In this document: piece by piece, positions 9,479 to 19,899 of the stretch
How the letters are laid out: each line of letters opens with the position of its first letter
Position numbering within the stretch: position 1 is the first letter of the stretch
DNA from: an uncultured candidate division Zixibacteria bacterium
Lineage (GTDB): Bacteria > Zixibacteria > MSB-5A5 > GN15 > FEB-12
Length of the DNA stretch: 64,000 nt
Direction of reading: 5' to 3'
Assembly: GCA_963806185.1 (NCBI GenBank)
Contig: CAWDXE010000007.1
Location: 736,001 to 800,000 of the forward strand
Position numbers and translations under genes: made by a program
The notes under the pieces: model-generated
Told to the model about the DNA's origin: nothing
Seen by the model: the letters and a program-made list of their open reading frames with translations, nothing else
Databases searched by the model: none

Positions 9479-11205
9479 CAGCGTTCGTCCAGTCCGTAGG
9501 CCCGCAATTGCGCGAGCAGTTCGTTCGCTTTCCCCTGGTCGCCATCGGCTTCCGCCTGGGCCATCTCTTTCTGAAGGCGCTCGCGGATCTTCTTCTGGCG
9601 GCGTTCCAGAAAGTCCCTTGTGCGCTCCCGAATCTCTGCCTCGACAGTCTCAGGGTCCCATTCGACCACCGCCAGCTGCGGAATCATCTGCCGCATCTCT
9701 TCATCCTCAAATGTCTCGTAAAGCAGGTGCGGATTCAACGAGCCCATTGATCGAAACTGCGTGATCATCGCACTGTACATCCGGGCCAATTTCTTCGAGT
9801 CAAAATCATCGGGCGATATTTGCTCAAAGACAAATTCAAGAAGGGGGGGGTTGCTGCAGAGAATCGACAAAAACTCGAACTCAAGCTTGTCAAATTTGCG
9901 GGGCTTTGGTGCGGCGGGGGAGGGCTGAGCCGCTCCTACCGGCGGCTCGCGCATAAGCGAACGATCGACTTTGAGCAGGGTCGCCGCCTCCTCCAGAAAG
10001 ACTGCCCGGCGGGTCGGATCGCCGATCTTGCCTGCCAGCGTGGTCAATTCTTTGATCAACTTCTCTCGCCCTATGATGCCGGTGTCGTTGACGTTGATCC
10101 CCTGCAACCGGTAGGGGATGTAACGCAAGGCCGCTGTCTGCAGTTCGTCGATTTTCGCTTTGCCCAGCTCACGCGCGACATTGTCGGGATCCATGCCGGC
10201 GAGCGGGCGCATGACATGAACTTCGAGCCCCGCGTCGTAAAGTGCATCAATGGACCGCAACGCCGCCGCCTGCCCGGCCGAGTCGGCGTCGAAGAACAGG
10301 AAGACATTCTCCGCAAAACGGGCAATCAGCCGTGCCTGCTGTGCCGTAAAAGCTGTTCCCGAGGAGGCCACCACATTCCGAATACCCGCTTGCCAGAGCG
10401 AGATGAAATCAAAGTACCCTTCCACAATCAGCACGGCGTTCAGCGCACGAATGGCGTCGCGCGAAAAGTTTAGTCCATACAGGACGCTCCCCTTCGAGTA
10501 GAGTTTGGTCTCGGGGGAATTGATATACTTGACCTGCTCGCCCTTTTTCAGCGTGCGACCGCCAAAGGCGATTGGCTTCTGGCTCAAATTGAAAATCGGA
10601 ATCATGAGCCGTTCCCGGAAGCGATCTACAAACTTGCCGCTCTTCTCCACGCGAGAGGCAAGCCCAGCCGCTACCAGATCCTCACCGCCGATCCCCTTTC
10701 GCTGCGCGAAATTGACCAGACCCTCCCATGAATCATCAGCCAGGCCAAGTTGAAAATACTCGATGGTCTCGTCGGTCAACTGACGTTTCTGTTTGAGATA
10801 CCCCTCGACTACCGTTCTGTACTGCGATCGTTGGAGCACGCTCCTGAAATACTCAACCGCCACTTGCTGGGCAAAATTCAGCCGTTCCAGATGTTCACGC
10901 TGGACGTCGGTCACTGTCTCGCGAATCTGAATATTCGCCCGCTTGGCCAGGAGCCGAACGACCTCGATAAACGACATCCGCTCGTGCTCCATCAGAAACG
11001 TGAAGACATTGCCTCCCTTGCCGCAGCCGAAACAGTGGTAAATCTGCTTGTCGACATTCACTTTGAACGAGGGTGTTTTCTCCTCGTGAAACGGGCAGAG
11101 CGCCTCAAAATTCCGCCCGCGCCGGCGGAGACGCACGAACTCCCCGACCACTTGACCGATGTCGGTGGCCTGGCGGATCTGTTCGATGGTCTCCTGCGGA
11201 ATCAC
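9478..11205 (-). CDS. dnaG: DNA primase
   Basis: Zn ribbon CPFH...CFGC, FGGR, YINSPET, TOPRIM VEGYFD and FDADSAG; GTG start at 11205 overlaps the mutS2 stop. Confidence 0.95.
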   Translation of the reverse strand: MIPQETIEQIRQATDIGQVVGEFVRLRRRGRNFEALCPFHEEKTPSFKVNVDKQIYHCFGCGKGGNVFTFLMEHERMSFIEVVRLLAKRANIQIRETVTDVQREHLERLNFAQQVAVEYFRSVLQRSQYRTVVEGYLKQKRQLTDETIEYFQLGLADDSWEGLVNFAQRKGIGGEDLVAAGLASRVEKSGKFVDRFRERLMIPIFNLSQKPIAFGGRTLKKGEQVKYINSPETKLYSKGSVLYGLNFSRDAIRALNAVLIVEGYFDFISLWQAGIRNVVASSGTAFTAQQARLIARFAENVFLFFDADSAGQAAALRSIDALYDAGLEVHVMRPLAGMDPDNVARELGKAKIDELQTAALRYIPYRLQGINVNDTGIIGREKLIKELTTLAGKIGDPTRRAVFLEEAATLLKVDRSLMREPPVGAAQPSPAAPKPRKFDKLEFEFLSILCSNPPLLEFVFEQISPDDFDSKKLARMYSAMITQFRSMGSLNPHLLYETFEDEEMRQMIPQLAVVEWDPETVEAEIRERTRDFLERRQKKIRERLQKEMAQAEADGDQGKANELLAQLRAYGLDER

Positions 11206-13580
11206 TCTTTCAGCCTCACAATAGTCACACCCGCACCCCCCTCGTTCCAATCGCCGAGCCGGATCGAATCGACCTCCACATGCTTCTTGAGGAATTCCGT
11301 TAACATACGCCTCAATGTACCCGTCCCTTTGCCGTGAATGACGTAGACTTGCTTGAGACCGGCTACGACCGCCTGGTCAAGAAATTTGTCCAGGGCTTCC
11401 ATCGCTTCTTCGACCGTCATGCCCCGCAAATGGATTTCAGGGGAGACCGTCTGCGCATTGATATTGGGCACGCGACGAGGGACGAAGGCCGGGCCGCCGT
11501 CGGCCACTTTCTCAAGTTGTCGGATCGCCACGACAGTGGTGAAATTACCCAGATTGATGCGCGCCTTGTCACGGCCGACTAATTCGTCAATCTCGCCCAC
11601 CTGGTTCAAATTCATGATTCGAACCCGGTCACCCTTGGCATAGCGCACCGACTTTGCCTTGGGCAGAGAGCGCTCCATCTCTTTCTTATGCTTGCCCACT
11701 TCGGCGTTAGAGGCCTTGAGCACTCGATGCATCGCTTTAACCGATTCTTCGGACGCCTGGCTGGTGCGTATTTCGGCTACCAACCGTTCAGTCTCCCTGC
11801 GGGTGCTCGTGAGAATTTCTTCAGTTTCGGCCAACGCCTTCTGTTTTTCCTCGTCGATTTCACGCTTGAGCTTCTCGGTCGCCTCCCGATAGTAAATCTC
11901 CAGCCGAGAGGCCTCGTCCAGCCGCTCGGTCAAGCGCATCTTATCCTCGCGTACGGTGGACAGTTCGCGTTCGAGCGAGTCAATCAGATTGGACAGCGAT
12001 CGTTCGCCGCTTCCTACCAACGCGACCGCCGCGTCGCACACTTCCTTCGGCATACCCAGTCGTCCGGCGATTTCCACCGCATACGACGAACCCGGTATGC
12101 CCACTTGCAGCCGGTAGGTCGGCGCCAGCGACTCCCGATCGAACTCAAGTGAAGCATTTTCGATCTCAGAGTGATCCAGCGCCAGCGTCTTGAGCTGAGA
12201 GTAGTGGGTAGTCGCCACCAGTCGCGCGCCCTGTTTGACCAGATAAAGTATGACCGCCTCGGCGAGCGCGGCTCCCTCCTTGGGATCGGTCCCGGCGCCA
12301 ATCTCATCAAACAGCACCAGCGCCTCTTTGTCCGCCTCACGAAGAGCGGCGATGATATTCGTCACGTGCGACGAAAAGGTCGAAAGCGACAGTTCAATGG
12401 ACTGCTCGTCGCCAATATCTGCAAACACGCGCGAAAATACGCCGATTTCAGAAAGTTCCGACGCGGGGATCAACAACCCGGACTGAATCATCACCACCAG
12501 CAGCCCGATGGTCTTGAGCACGATCGTCTTGCCGCCCGTGTTTGGTCCGGTGACAAGTATTGCCTGACGGTCACTGTTCAACTCAATGGAGAGGGGGACA
12601 ACGTCCTTGATTTCCTTCAGCTTGAGAATCAACAACGGATGTCGGGCGTCGATGAGTTTCAGCGATGCCGCCCCTTCCAGCTTCGGCATTACCGCTTTCA
12701 CTTGACTGGCGAACACGGCTGACGCATGGAACATGTCGAGCTTGCCGATAAGCCGGGTATTCTCTTCCAGGGCGTCGGCCCGCGCGGAAATCTCCTTGGT
12801 GATTTGTCGCAGGATGCGATCCATTTCCAGCCGCTCTTCCTGGAAGAGGAGGTTGAGACGGTTGTTCATCTCCACCATCTCACGCGGTTCGACATAGAGT
12901 GTCGCGCCCGTCTGGCTCCGGTCGTGGACGATCCCAAAGTCCGGCCGATAGGCGCCGGCCATGACCGGCATCACGAAGCGGCCGTTGCGCTGCGTGACTA
13001 CGTCGTCCTGCCACCCGGCATGCTTCTTCTGACCGGAAATAATCGACTCCATTCGCGAAATGGTCTTCCGCCGGGTATCACCCAGCTCGAAGCGGATCGC
13101 CTTCAGCTTTGGGGAGGCGGAATCCTTGATTTCGCCCGTCTCATCGATCGCCCGCACTATTTCGGCCTTGAGTTCCGGAAACGCGCGGATGCCCTTGAGA
13201 TACGGATCGATGGCGGGAAATCGATCCCGACTGTCCTTGTCATACCCGTGAATTTGAATCGATACATCAACCAGCGCGTTCACCCTCAGCATGTCTTTCG
13301 GCTCCAGGAAGACCCCTTCCACCCGTGAATGAGCCAGCAGGTCGTTCACGTCCTCAAGTCGATAGATAGGGAAGGGGATGCCAAAATTCACGATATCCTT
13401 CATCTGGGCGTTTTCCGCTAACCGCGTGCGGATATCGTCGAGCGACTCAAGCGGGGCAATACGGGTAGCTTCCGCGCTCCCATAGGGAGTCAGGCATTTA
13501 CCCTTGATGAGTGCCACAATCTTGGGGAACTCAAGGGTATCAAGCGTATGGTCAGAAATACGGTATGTCATATCTTCCAA
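11202..13580 (-). CDS. mutS2: Endonuclease MutS2
   Basis: TGPNTGGKT, DIGDEQSI, STFSSH, DEIGAGTDP, C-terminal Smr domain IHGKGTG; start may be ATG 13571. Confidence 0.95.
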   Translation of the reverse strand: MEDMTYRISDHTLDTLEFPKIVALIKGKCLTPYGSAEATRIAPLESLDDIRTRLAENAQMKDIVNFGIPFPIYRLEDVNDLLAHSRVEGVFLEPKDMLRVNALVDVSIQIHGYDKDSRDRFPAIDPYLKGIRAFPELKAEIVRAIDETGEIKDSASPKLKAIRFELGDTRRKTISRMESIISGQKKHAGWQDDVVTQRNGRFVMPVMAGAYRPDFGIVHDRSQTGATLYVEPREMVEMNNRLNLLFQEERLEMDRILRQITKEISARADALEENTRLIGKLDMFHASAVFASQVKAVMPKLEGAASLKLIDARHPLLILKLKEIKDVVPLSIELNSDRQAILVTGPNTGGKTIVLKTIGLLVVMIQSGLLIPASELSEIGVFSRVFADIGDEQSIELSLSTFSSHVTNIIAALREADKEALVLFDEIGAGTDPKEGAALAEAVILYLVKQGARLVATTHYSQLKTLALDHSEIENASLEFDRESLAPTYRLQVGIPGSSYAVEIAGRLGMPKEVCDAAVALVGSGERSLSNLIDSLERELSTVREDKMRLTERLDEASRLEIYYREATEKLKREIDEEKQKALAETEEILTSTRRETERLVAEIRTSQASEESVKAMHRVLKASNAEVGKHKKEMERSLPKAKSVRYAKGDRVRIMNLNQVGEIDELVGRDKARINLGNFTTVVAIRQLEKVADGGPAFVPRRVPNINAQTVSPEIHLRGMTVEEAMEALDKFLDQAVVAGLKQVYVIHGKGTGTLRRMLTEFLKKHVEVDSIRLGDWNEGGAGVTIVRLKE

Positions 13581-13636
13581 TAAAAAAGCCGGTCATCGCC
13601 GGCTTTAATATCTCCTCGAACGGCCCAAAACGCAAA

Positions 13637-14276
13637 TCAGGTTTCGTTGGTGGTGCCGATACTGAAGAACCGGTCCATCTGGTACAGAATGCGGTGGATC
13701 TCTGCCCGATCCTCATCCACCGACCCTCCACTGGTCGTGTTTGTTGGCGCATTGAGCAGGGTGGACTCGACCTTCTGCATAAAGCCGGGGCTGTTGGGAT
13801 GTACAATCGAGGTCTCGTCATACAGGAAGGGGAGCGTCTTGGCCAGGGTTGGGCCGAAAAAGGATGCCTCAAACGCGGTGTAAAATCGCTCCGGCATCGG
13901 CAAGAGAAACAGGATAAACAACAATGCGCCGATTGAAACCCACCCCCGCACAAAACCGACGATTGCCCCGCCGACCTGGTCTCTCTTCCCCTGGCTCTTG
14001 ATGTCGGCTATCTTGTAAAACAACCAGCCGGCTCCCTTGAAAACCCCGTACGAAATCCCCAGCAGCAGCATGAACGCCAGCAATGGCGGCCATTAGTGGA
14101 GTAGCCTCCATCTTGTTTACCAGCATGGCCGCAAACTTGTCCAGGTAGGCTACCGACACCAGCGCGGCCAACAGGAAAAGCACCAGCGCCGACAATTCAC
14201 GCACCAGCCCCTTCTTCGAGCCGATCACCATGGCCGTCAGGAGCAATAAGATCAATACCACGTCGATCCAGTTCAT
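13637..14276 (-). pseudogene. cvpA: CvpA family membrane protein, split by a +1 frameshift near 14081-14083 (pseudogene or sequence error)
   Basis: N-part MNWIDVVLI...KKGLVRE in one frame, C-part DQVGGAIVGFVRG in another; span is 640 nt = 3n+1; conserved position upstream of mutS2. Confidence 0.75.
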
Positions 14277-14335
14277 GCCATACCTCCAAGAGGTGCAAGT
14301 TCCCCGTAACGCCGCGAGTATAGATGTTTTTTAGA

Positions 14336-14783
14336 CTACTTTGCAAGCATTTCTGAAACCAGCCGATTGACCATCTTGCCGTCGGCCTTGCCCTTCACTT
14401 TGGGCATCAGCACCTTCATGACCAGCCCCGCCTTCTGCGGTGAGTCGGCCCCGGTCTCGGCGATTGCCTCTGCAACCAGCACTGCGGACATCAGCTTCAG
14501 ACATTTGCTCGGGAAGGTAAGTGGTGAGAATGGCCAGCTCCGCCGTCTCCTTCTCCACCAGGTCATTGCGACCGGCATTGCGGAACTGATCGATGGAATC
14601 CCGGCGCTTCTTGGCACTGGAACTAAGAACGCCGATGACCACATCGTCGGTCAACGGCGTGCCTTTGTTTATATGCTCGTTCTTGAGGTCAGACTTGAGC
14701 GTCCGAAGAACAGTGACCTTAAACTTGTCACCGCCTTTCATGGCCGCGATTATGTCTTGTTCAAGTTTCTCAACGATCGACAT
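14336..14783 (-). pseudogene. yqeY: GatB/YqeY domain protein, split by a +1 frameshift near 14483 (pseudogene or sequence error)
   Basis: AAMKGGDK...KKRRDSIDQF...YLPEQMSE in one frame, VAEAIAETGA...GKADGKMVN in another; span is 448 nt = 3n+1; follows rpsU with a TGATG overlap. Confidence 0.8.
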
Positions 14784-14983
14784 CAATACTGCTCTTCCAG
14801 CATTCTGTTGCGGCGCGCTTTGCGCTTGGCCGCGGCCAGCTTACGCTTACGGGTTTCCGACGGCTTTTCAAAATGCTGATGCTTCTTGAAATCTGAAAGA
14901 ATTCCCGACTTTTCGCAGAATTTATTGAAACGTCTTAGAGCCTTTTCAAACGATTCGTCATCTCGGACGCGAACTCCGGTCAA
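14783..14983 (-). CDS. rpsU: 30S ribosomal protein S21
   Basis: [16 protein letters not shown], basic C-terminus; TTG start with SD AAGGAGGT. Confidence 0.96.
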   Translation of the reverse strand: MTGVRVRDDESFEKALRRFNKFCEKSGILSDFKKHQHFEKPSETRKRKLAAAKRKARRNRMLEEQY

Positions 14984-15038
14984 TTAAATCCACCTCCTTC
15001 ACCGGTGAAAAAAACAAACATGTTCCTCAGTATCGGTC

Positions 15039-15066
15039 AAAATAAGGAATATCCGTGGGTTGTCAA
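15039..15066 (-). promoter_or_regulatory. Putative sigma70 promoter of the rpsU operon
   Basis: TTGACA-N16-TATTTT on the minus strand, about 55 nt upstream of rpsU. Confidence 0.55.
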
Positions 15067-15206
15067 CGTAAAACGGGTTTAATCAATCACATACGCCGGA
15101 AGGCAATCTCTCGGTGGGGGCGACCCGATCGTTCCCACACACAACCCATTGAATAATATATGCTTGAGAGGCTGCTTGAACCTGACACCTTCAGTCTTGC
15201 CGCTCC

Positions 15207-15533
15207 CTACAGATACCGCAGCTGATCCGAAGTCCGATTCGATAGGAAGTGAATATGCACATGGTCCACCTCCTGACCGTACCCATTATTAAATACCAAC
15301 CGAAAGTGATCGGTGATCCCCAGCCGTTCGGCCACCAACTTGGCCGTTTCGGCCATCTCCGCCAGTACTTCGGCCGGGGTTTCATAGAAGTTGCAGTACT
15401 CGGTCTTTGGAATTATCAATAAGTGGATCGTATCTTTGGGCCGGTGATCGGCGATCACGATCATCGTTTCCGACTCGTGGAATATGCGGGCTGGAAGCTC
15501 CCGCCTGACGATGCGGGTGAAAATTGAAGCCAT
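15207..15533 (-). CDS. HIT family nucleotide hydrolase
   Basis: SIFTRIV, HLLIIPK, NNG, histidine triad HVHIH. Confidence 0.92.
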   Translation of the reverse strand: MASIFTRIVRRELPARIFHESETMIVIADHRPKDTIHLLIIPKTEYCNFYETPAEVLAEMAETAKLVAERLGITDHFRLVFNNGYGQEVDHVHIHFLSNRTSDQLRYL

Positions 15534-15592
15534 GGCGGAGTATAGGGGACAGGTTTGTTAGCGGCAATGCCCGATTTGTCTATCCACGCCCC

Positions 15593-15627
15593 TTGCCAAG
15601 CGAAGCAGTTTTGCATAGATTTATAAT
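15593..15627 (+). promoter_or_regulatory. Putative sigma70 promoter of yebC
   Basis: TTGCCA-N17-TAGATT, with an adjacent TATAAT at 15622-15627. Confidence 0.45.
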
Positions 15628-15687
15628 TCGGCCTAAGCCGCATTGAATCTGAAAGTTACTAGTTTTCATTGTTGGAGGGTGTGACCG

Positions 15688-16437
15688 ATGTCTGGTCATT
15701 CAAAATGGGCAACCATCAAGCGGAAAAAAGGAAAACTTGACGCCGAGCGCGGCAAGGTTTTCACTCGGCTAATTAAGGAAATTTCCGTCGCGGCCCGCGA
15801 AGGGGGCGGCGATTCGGAAGGCAATCCCCGCCTTCGCACTGCTATCCTGGCCGCCAAGGCGGCCAACATGCCGGCTGACAACATCAAAAGAGCAATTCTC
15901 AAAGGCACCGGGCAGCTCCCGGGCGTGACCTATGAATCGATGAACTACGAGGGGTACGGCCCCGCCGGCGCTGCCATTTTCATGGAGGTTATGACGGACA
16001 ACAAAAACCGCACGGTCGCTGAGGTCCGACACATTCTGACGAAGTACGGCGGCAATCTCGGCTCGAGCGGCAGTGTCGCCTGGATGTTCGAAAAGAAGGG
16101 CGTCATCACTGTTGAATTGACTGCCGCCGAAGAGACGGCCCTGATGGAAATCGCCATGGACAGCGGCGCCGAAGATTTCTCGGCCGATGTCGGCGCGTAC
16201 GAGATTACCACGCCACCGGCTGATCTGGAATCTGTCCGCACGGCGCTGGAGAAAAAGGGAATCCACATGGTGTCGTCGGAAATTACTATGATTCCCAAGA
16301 ACTCCGTCAAAATCGACAAGGAGAACGACGCCTCGTCGATGCTCAAACTGATGGAATTGCTAGAAGAGCACGATGATATCCAAAAAGTCTATTCCAACTT
16401 CGATATCGACGAATCGATTTTGAACAAACTGGCCTGA
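15688..16437 (+). CDS. yebC: YebC/PmpR (TACO1) family protein
   Basis: MSGHSKWATIKRKK, NPRLR, YEGYGP, TDNKNRT, DDIQKVYSN. Confidence 0.96.
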   Translation: MSGHSKWATIKRKKGKLDAERGKVFTRLIKEISVAAREGGGDSEGNPRLRTAILAAKAANMPADNIKRAILKGTGQLPGVTYESMNYEGYGPAGAAIFMEVMTDNKNRTVAEVRHILTKYGGNLGSSGSVAWMFEKKGVITVELTAAEETALMEIAMDSGAEDFSADVGAYEITTPPADLESVRTALEKKGIHMVSSEITMIPKNSVKIDKENDASSMLKLMELLEEHDDIQKVYSNFDIDESILNKLA

Positions 16438-16491
16438 TCGGCCGGTTGATTGTACCATGGTGAGCCGCGAATACAGTCGGAGAGTTGACTG

Positions 16492-17265
16492 ATGCCTCTC
16501 CCGGCTCGTATTCGCGGTTTCCTTTTTGACCTCGATGGCGTAGTGTACGTTGGCGAAAACGCCATCCCGGGAGCGGGAGAAACCCTCCGTACGTTGAAGA
16601 AACGTGGCCTCCCGTGCCGTTTTACGACCAACACTACCACCATGTCGGTGACAAGCCTCCACCGCAAGTTGGTCGGCATGGACCTGCCAATTGAACGTCA
16701 CGAGCTCTTTACCGTAATCGATGCCGCTCGCTCCTATCTGCATTCGTTAGGCGACCCCCTCTGCCATTTTCTGCTGAGCGACTCTCCGCTTTCGGATTTT
16801 GCCGAATTTCGTCGGTCGGAAACCAAACCAGACATCGTCGTCGTTGGCGACATCGGGAAGCGGTGGACTTACGATCTGATGAATCGAATCTTTGGCATGA
16901 TGATCGACGGTGCGGAATTAGTCGCTTTGCACAAAGGTCGCTATTGGCAGGTGGAGGATGGTCTGCGGATGGACATTGGCGCTTTTGTCGCCGGGCTTGA
17001 GTATACGACCGGGAAGTCTGCCATCGTCATCGGCAAACCGTCAGTCCGGTTCTTCCACCTCGCCCTGGCAGAACTCGCATTGCCATCGGATCAGGTGATC
17101 ATGGTGGGAGATGACATCGTCAACGACATCGACGGTGCTCAGCAAGCGGGCATCTCCGCCGTTTTGGTGCGAACGGGCAAATTCCGAGAGGAACTGGTCG
17201 CCCGCTCCGGTGTGACGCCGGACGCGACCATCGATTCAATCGCCAACTTGATCGCTCTCCTATAA
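16492..17265 (+). CDS. HAD-IIA hydrolase (LHPP-like)
   Basis: DLDGV, TNTT, LVALHKGRYW, GKP, GDDIVND, VRTGKFR. Confidence 0.9.
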   Translation: MPLPARIRGFLFDLDGVVYVGENAIPGAGETLRTLKKRGLPCRFTTNTTTMSVTSLHRKLVGMDLPIERHELFTVIDAARSYLHSLGDPLCHFLLSDSPLSDFAEFRRSETKPDIVVVGDIGKRWTYDLMNRIFGMMIDGAELVALHKGRYWQVEDGLRMDIGAFVAGLEYTTGKSAIVIGKPSVRFFHLALAELALPSDQVIMVGDDIVNDIDGAQQAGISAVLVRTGKFREELVARSGVTPDATIDSIANLIALL

Positions 17266-17311
17266 TTGCATTCACTTTTGTATGACAAATTGTTGCTTCC
17301 CTTGGTGAAGC

Positions 17312-19363
17312 ATGTTAATTCGCCCTATGTCTGCTTGGAATCCATCAAGAATCGGGCGAGTTCTGACATCTATCAGACTGTCTCGACCATTCGTGGCGCT
17401 CCTCGGTTACTATCTGTTCGGGATGCTCCTCTTTTCGCTCGCCCGCCTGCTCTTCGTTGCCACGTTCTCCGATGCCATGTCCAATGTGCCCTTAACTGAA
17501 ATCCTGCTGGCCTGCGCCGTGGGACTCCGCTTTGATCAAGTGGTCGTTCTCTATCTGGCGCTGATTCCTCTGCTCGTACTGCCTTGGCTGCCCTCCGATA
17601 ATTGCTGGGTTCGACGCATTACTGTCGGTTGGTTCACCACCCTATACTCGTTGGCGTTTCTTGTTCTCCTGGTTGACATTCGGTTCTTCAATTATTTCGG
17701 TGCCCACCTGAATTTCCTGGCCCTCGAATACCTACACAGCACCGCCATCGTCTGGCATCTGGTGGTGACCGAACCGAAGTTTGTTCCCTACCTGATCTTG
17801 TGGTTCGCGCTGACGATGATCATCGGCTGGGTCATTAGACTGTATTATATGAAGACGTCTCCGATTCCTTCACGATTCTCCCTTCCCGTACAATGCCTCT
17901 GGATGTTTATCGCCCTTGCGTTGGTAGTTCTTGGGATTCGCGGGCGTACCGATCGTTCCCCAATAGATTGGTCAGTGGCTTACTTCAGTCAGAATCCAAC
18001 CGTAAACCAGTTGGGACTCAACGGGGTCTTCACTCTAACCCGTGCCTTTCTCGAAGAGGGAAGAGACCTCCGCCTCGTCTATCTGCCGGAAAATCGTCGT
18101 TTTCCGCTGATCGATACCCGGTCAGCACTGGACACTGCCCGCACAATGCTCCAAACGATCAACGATACCTTCGCCGTTGCCGACTCAAGCGTCCGTCGAC
18201 TTACCACCTACGCGGCTCCCGGCCTCGCCTATCACCCCAATGTCATCCTCGTGATCATGGAAAGTTGGTCAGGGAGGAATACAGGTGCGCTTGGCTCACG
18301 GCGCGGTCTTACCCCCTGCTTTGATTCGCTCGCCGCGCACGGTATGCTGTTCACGGATTTCTACGCCAACGGTGTGCGCACGAACTACGGACTCTCGGCC
18401 GTGCTCTGCTCGTTTCCGTCGCTGCCGGGGCGACCAATCCTTGGCCGCTATAACGCCAAGCACCCTTTCATAACACTGCCGGAAATCTTTGCAAGTCTCG
18501 GGTACGCCAATGTTTTCGCCTATGGCGGCGATCTGGTCTTCGACAATATGGAAGGGTTCTTCACCACCAAAGGGTACAGTCGGATGCTCGGTGAGCAGTG
18601 GTTCGGCGCTGAGAACGGATTTGCCAAATGGGGCGTCCCCGATCACATCGTCTTCGACCGTCTGACTAGACTCACTGATTCGCTTCCCCGGCCGTTCAAT
18701 CTGACGATCCTGACTCTCTCCAATCATGAACCGTTTGCCCTGCCCGATTCATCGCTGCGCAAATTTCCCGGCAATGACGACACGTCCAGAGTGTTCAACG
18801 CCCAGATTTATGCCGACTTTGCCCTCGGGAAGTTCATCGAGACCATGCGAACTCGACCCGTGTTCGACAGCACGCTGTTCGTCTTTGTGGCCGATCATGC
18901 CCGGATCGATCCCCACTACGATCCAACCAGTGTCCTCAACTTCCACATCCCGCTGCTCCTCTATGGACCTGGGGTGATCGGCAGCGACGGACGACGCATT
19001 GGAAGGGTCGGGGCGCAGGTCGATATTCTGCCTACTCTGCTCGGGTTGATAGGAGTCGAGAAAGTGACGCAGGAGAGCTGGGGGAGAAACCTGCTGGATC
19101 CTTCGCTCACCGACAGCGGTTACGCAACGGTCAGCAACTTCGATCGCATTGCGCTGATTGAAAAGTATCTCGAATATCGAGAGGTATTGGGTGGTCTGTC
19201 ATCGCTCATTGCCTTGCCGTTGGGGCCGGGCAAGCCTGTAGAACTGCGGAGCGTCAACCCTGTTGATTACCTGAGAATGCAGGGACGGCTGCGCTACTTC
19301 ATGCAAGCGGCGGAGCAGTCCGCCACGCCGCTACCTCCGGATCATCACAGCAACCCAAAATGA
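17312..19363 (+). CDS. LTA synthase/MdoB-like membrane sulfatase-family phosphotransferase
   Basis: About 5 N-terminal TM segments, NVILVIMES, catalytic Thr in ANGVRT, TLSNHEPF, VADH, QVDILPT; start codon uncertain. Confidence 0.85.
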   Translation: MLIRPMSAWNPSRIGRVLTSIRLSRPFVALLGYYLFGMLLFSLARLLFVATFSDAMSNVPLTEILLACAVGLRFDQVVVLYLALIPLLVLPWLPSDNCWVRRITVGWFTTLYSLAFLVLLVDIRFFNYFGAHLNFLALEYLHSTAIVWHLVVTEPKFVPYLILWFALTMIIGWVIRLYYMKTSPIPSRFSLPVQCLWMFIALALVVLGIRGRTDRSPIDWSVAYFSQNPTVNQLGLNGVFTLTRAFLEEGRDLRLVYLPENRRFPLIDTRSALDTARTMLQTINDTFAVADSSVRRLTTYAAPGLAYHPNVILVIMESWSGRNTGALGSRRGLTPCFDSLAAHGMLFTDFYANGVRTNYGLSAVLCSFPSLPGRPILGRYNAKHPFITLPEIFASLGYANVFAYGGDLVFDNMEGFFTTKGYSRMLGEQWFGAENGFAKWGVPDHIVFDRLTRLTDSLPRPFNLTILTLSNHEPFALPDSSLRKFPGNDDTSRVFNAQIYADFALGKFIETMRTRPVFDSTLFVFVADHARIDPHYDPTSVLNFHIPLLLYGPGVIGSDGRRIGRVGAQVDILPTLLGLIGVEKVTQESWGRNLLDPSLTDSGYATVSNFDRIALIEKYLEYREVLGGLSSLIALPLGPGKPVELRSVNPVDYLRMQGRLRYFMQAAEQSATPLPPDHHSNPK

Positions 19364-19366
19364 ACG

Positions 19367-19394
19367 GCCGGCAGCCCAGTGACTGCCGACCTAC
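19367..19394 (-). repeat. GTAG-type REP-like palindrome between convergent genes
   Basis: Minus strand reads GTAGGTCGGCAG-loop-CTGCCG; same GTAGGTCG head as the element at 23977-24003. Confidence 0.55.
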
Positions 19395-19419
19395 TCGTAG
19401 CCCGGAGTCGATCGGACGA

Positions 19420-19776
19420 CTATGGCATCGTCGTCTGACGGTTAAACTCTTTGAGCTTCCTCTGCGCCAGTGGATAGTAAATCAGAAATGCGATACCGGC
19501 CATGACGAAGACCAGCCCAAGAATAGCCTCATCCTCAAGGTAGTCCGACCAAATCTGCCCTATCATGGCTGCCAGCCCTATGGCCACCAGCACCATGCCC
19601 CATTTGAGGCTGGAGAGGACATTGTTGAGCGGATTGCCGACCCAGAGATGTTTTGTCCGTTCGTCAACTAACCCGCTGGAGATCAGCCGATTGCGAGTCA
19701 TCGTGTCGGCAATTGTGCGGATAATCGCCACAAATGATCCGAAGACGATTAGGCATATCAGAACATCTTGATCCAT
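19420..19776 (-). CDS. Small 3-TM membrane protein (DUF6249-like), divergent from the ECF sigma
   Basis: SD AGGAGG; TM pattern with LKWGMVLVAIGLA and GIAFLIYY. Confidence 0.7.
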   Translation of the reverse strand: MDQDVLICLIVFGSFVAIIRTIADTMTRNRLISSGLVDERTKHLWVGNPLNNVLSSLKWGMVLVAIGLAAMIGQIWSDYLEDEAILGLVFVMAGIAFLIYYPLAQRKLKEFNRQTTMP

Positions 19777-19812
19777 TGTAACCTCCTAGAGTTTCTCGTC
19801 GATCTACTCCAT

Positions 19813-19880
19813 CTGACCGCTCCCTTCCACCCAATGTTGCACTCTCGCCGTTGCAACTTTTGACGCAGGCTACCCGTCTA
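19813..19880. promoter_or_regulatory. Back-to-back ECF-type promoters
   Basis: Plus strand TGCAAC-N17-CGTCTA (19852-19880); minus strand TGCAAC-N17-GGTCAG (19841-19813). Confidence 0.7.
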
Positions 19881-19899
19881 ATCGGAAAAGGGAACCACT

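Noticed and set aside
17312..19363. LTA synthase in an LPS-producing organism as an anomaly
   Set aside because: This family is widespread in diderms as envelope phosphotransferases
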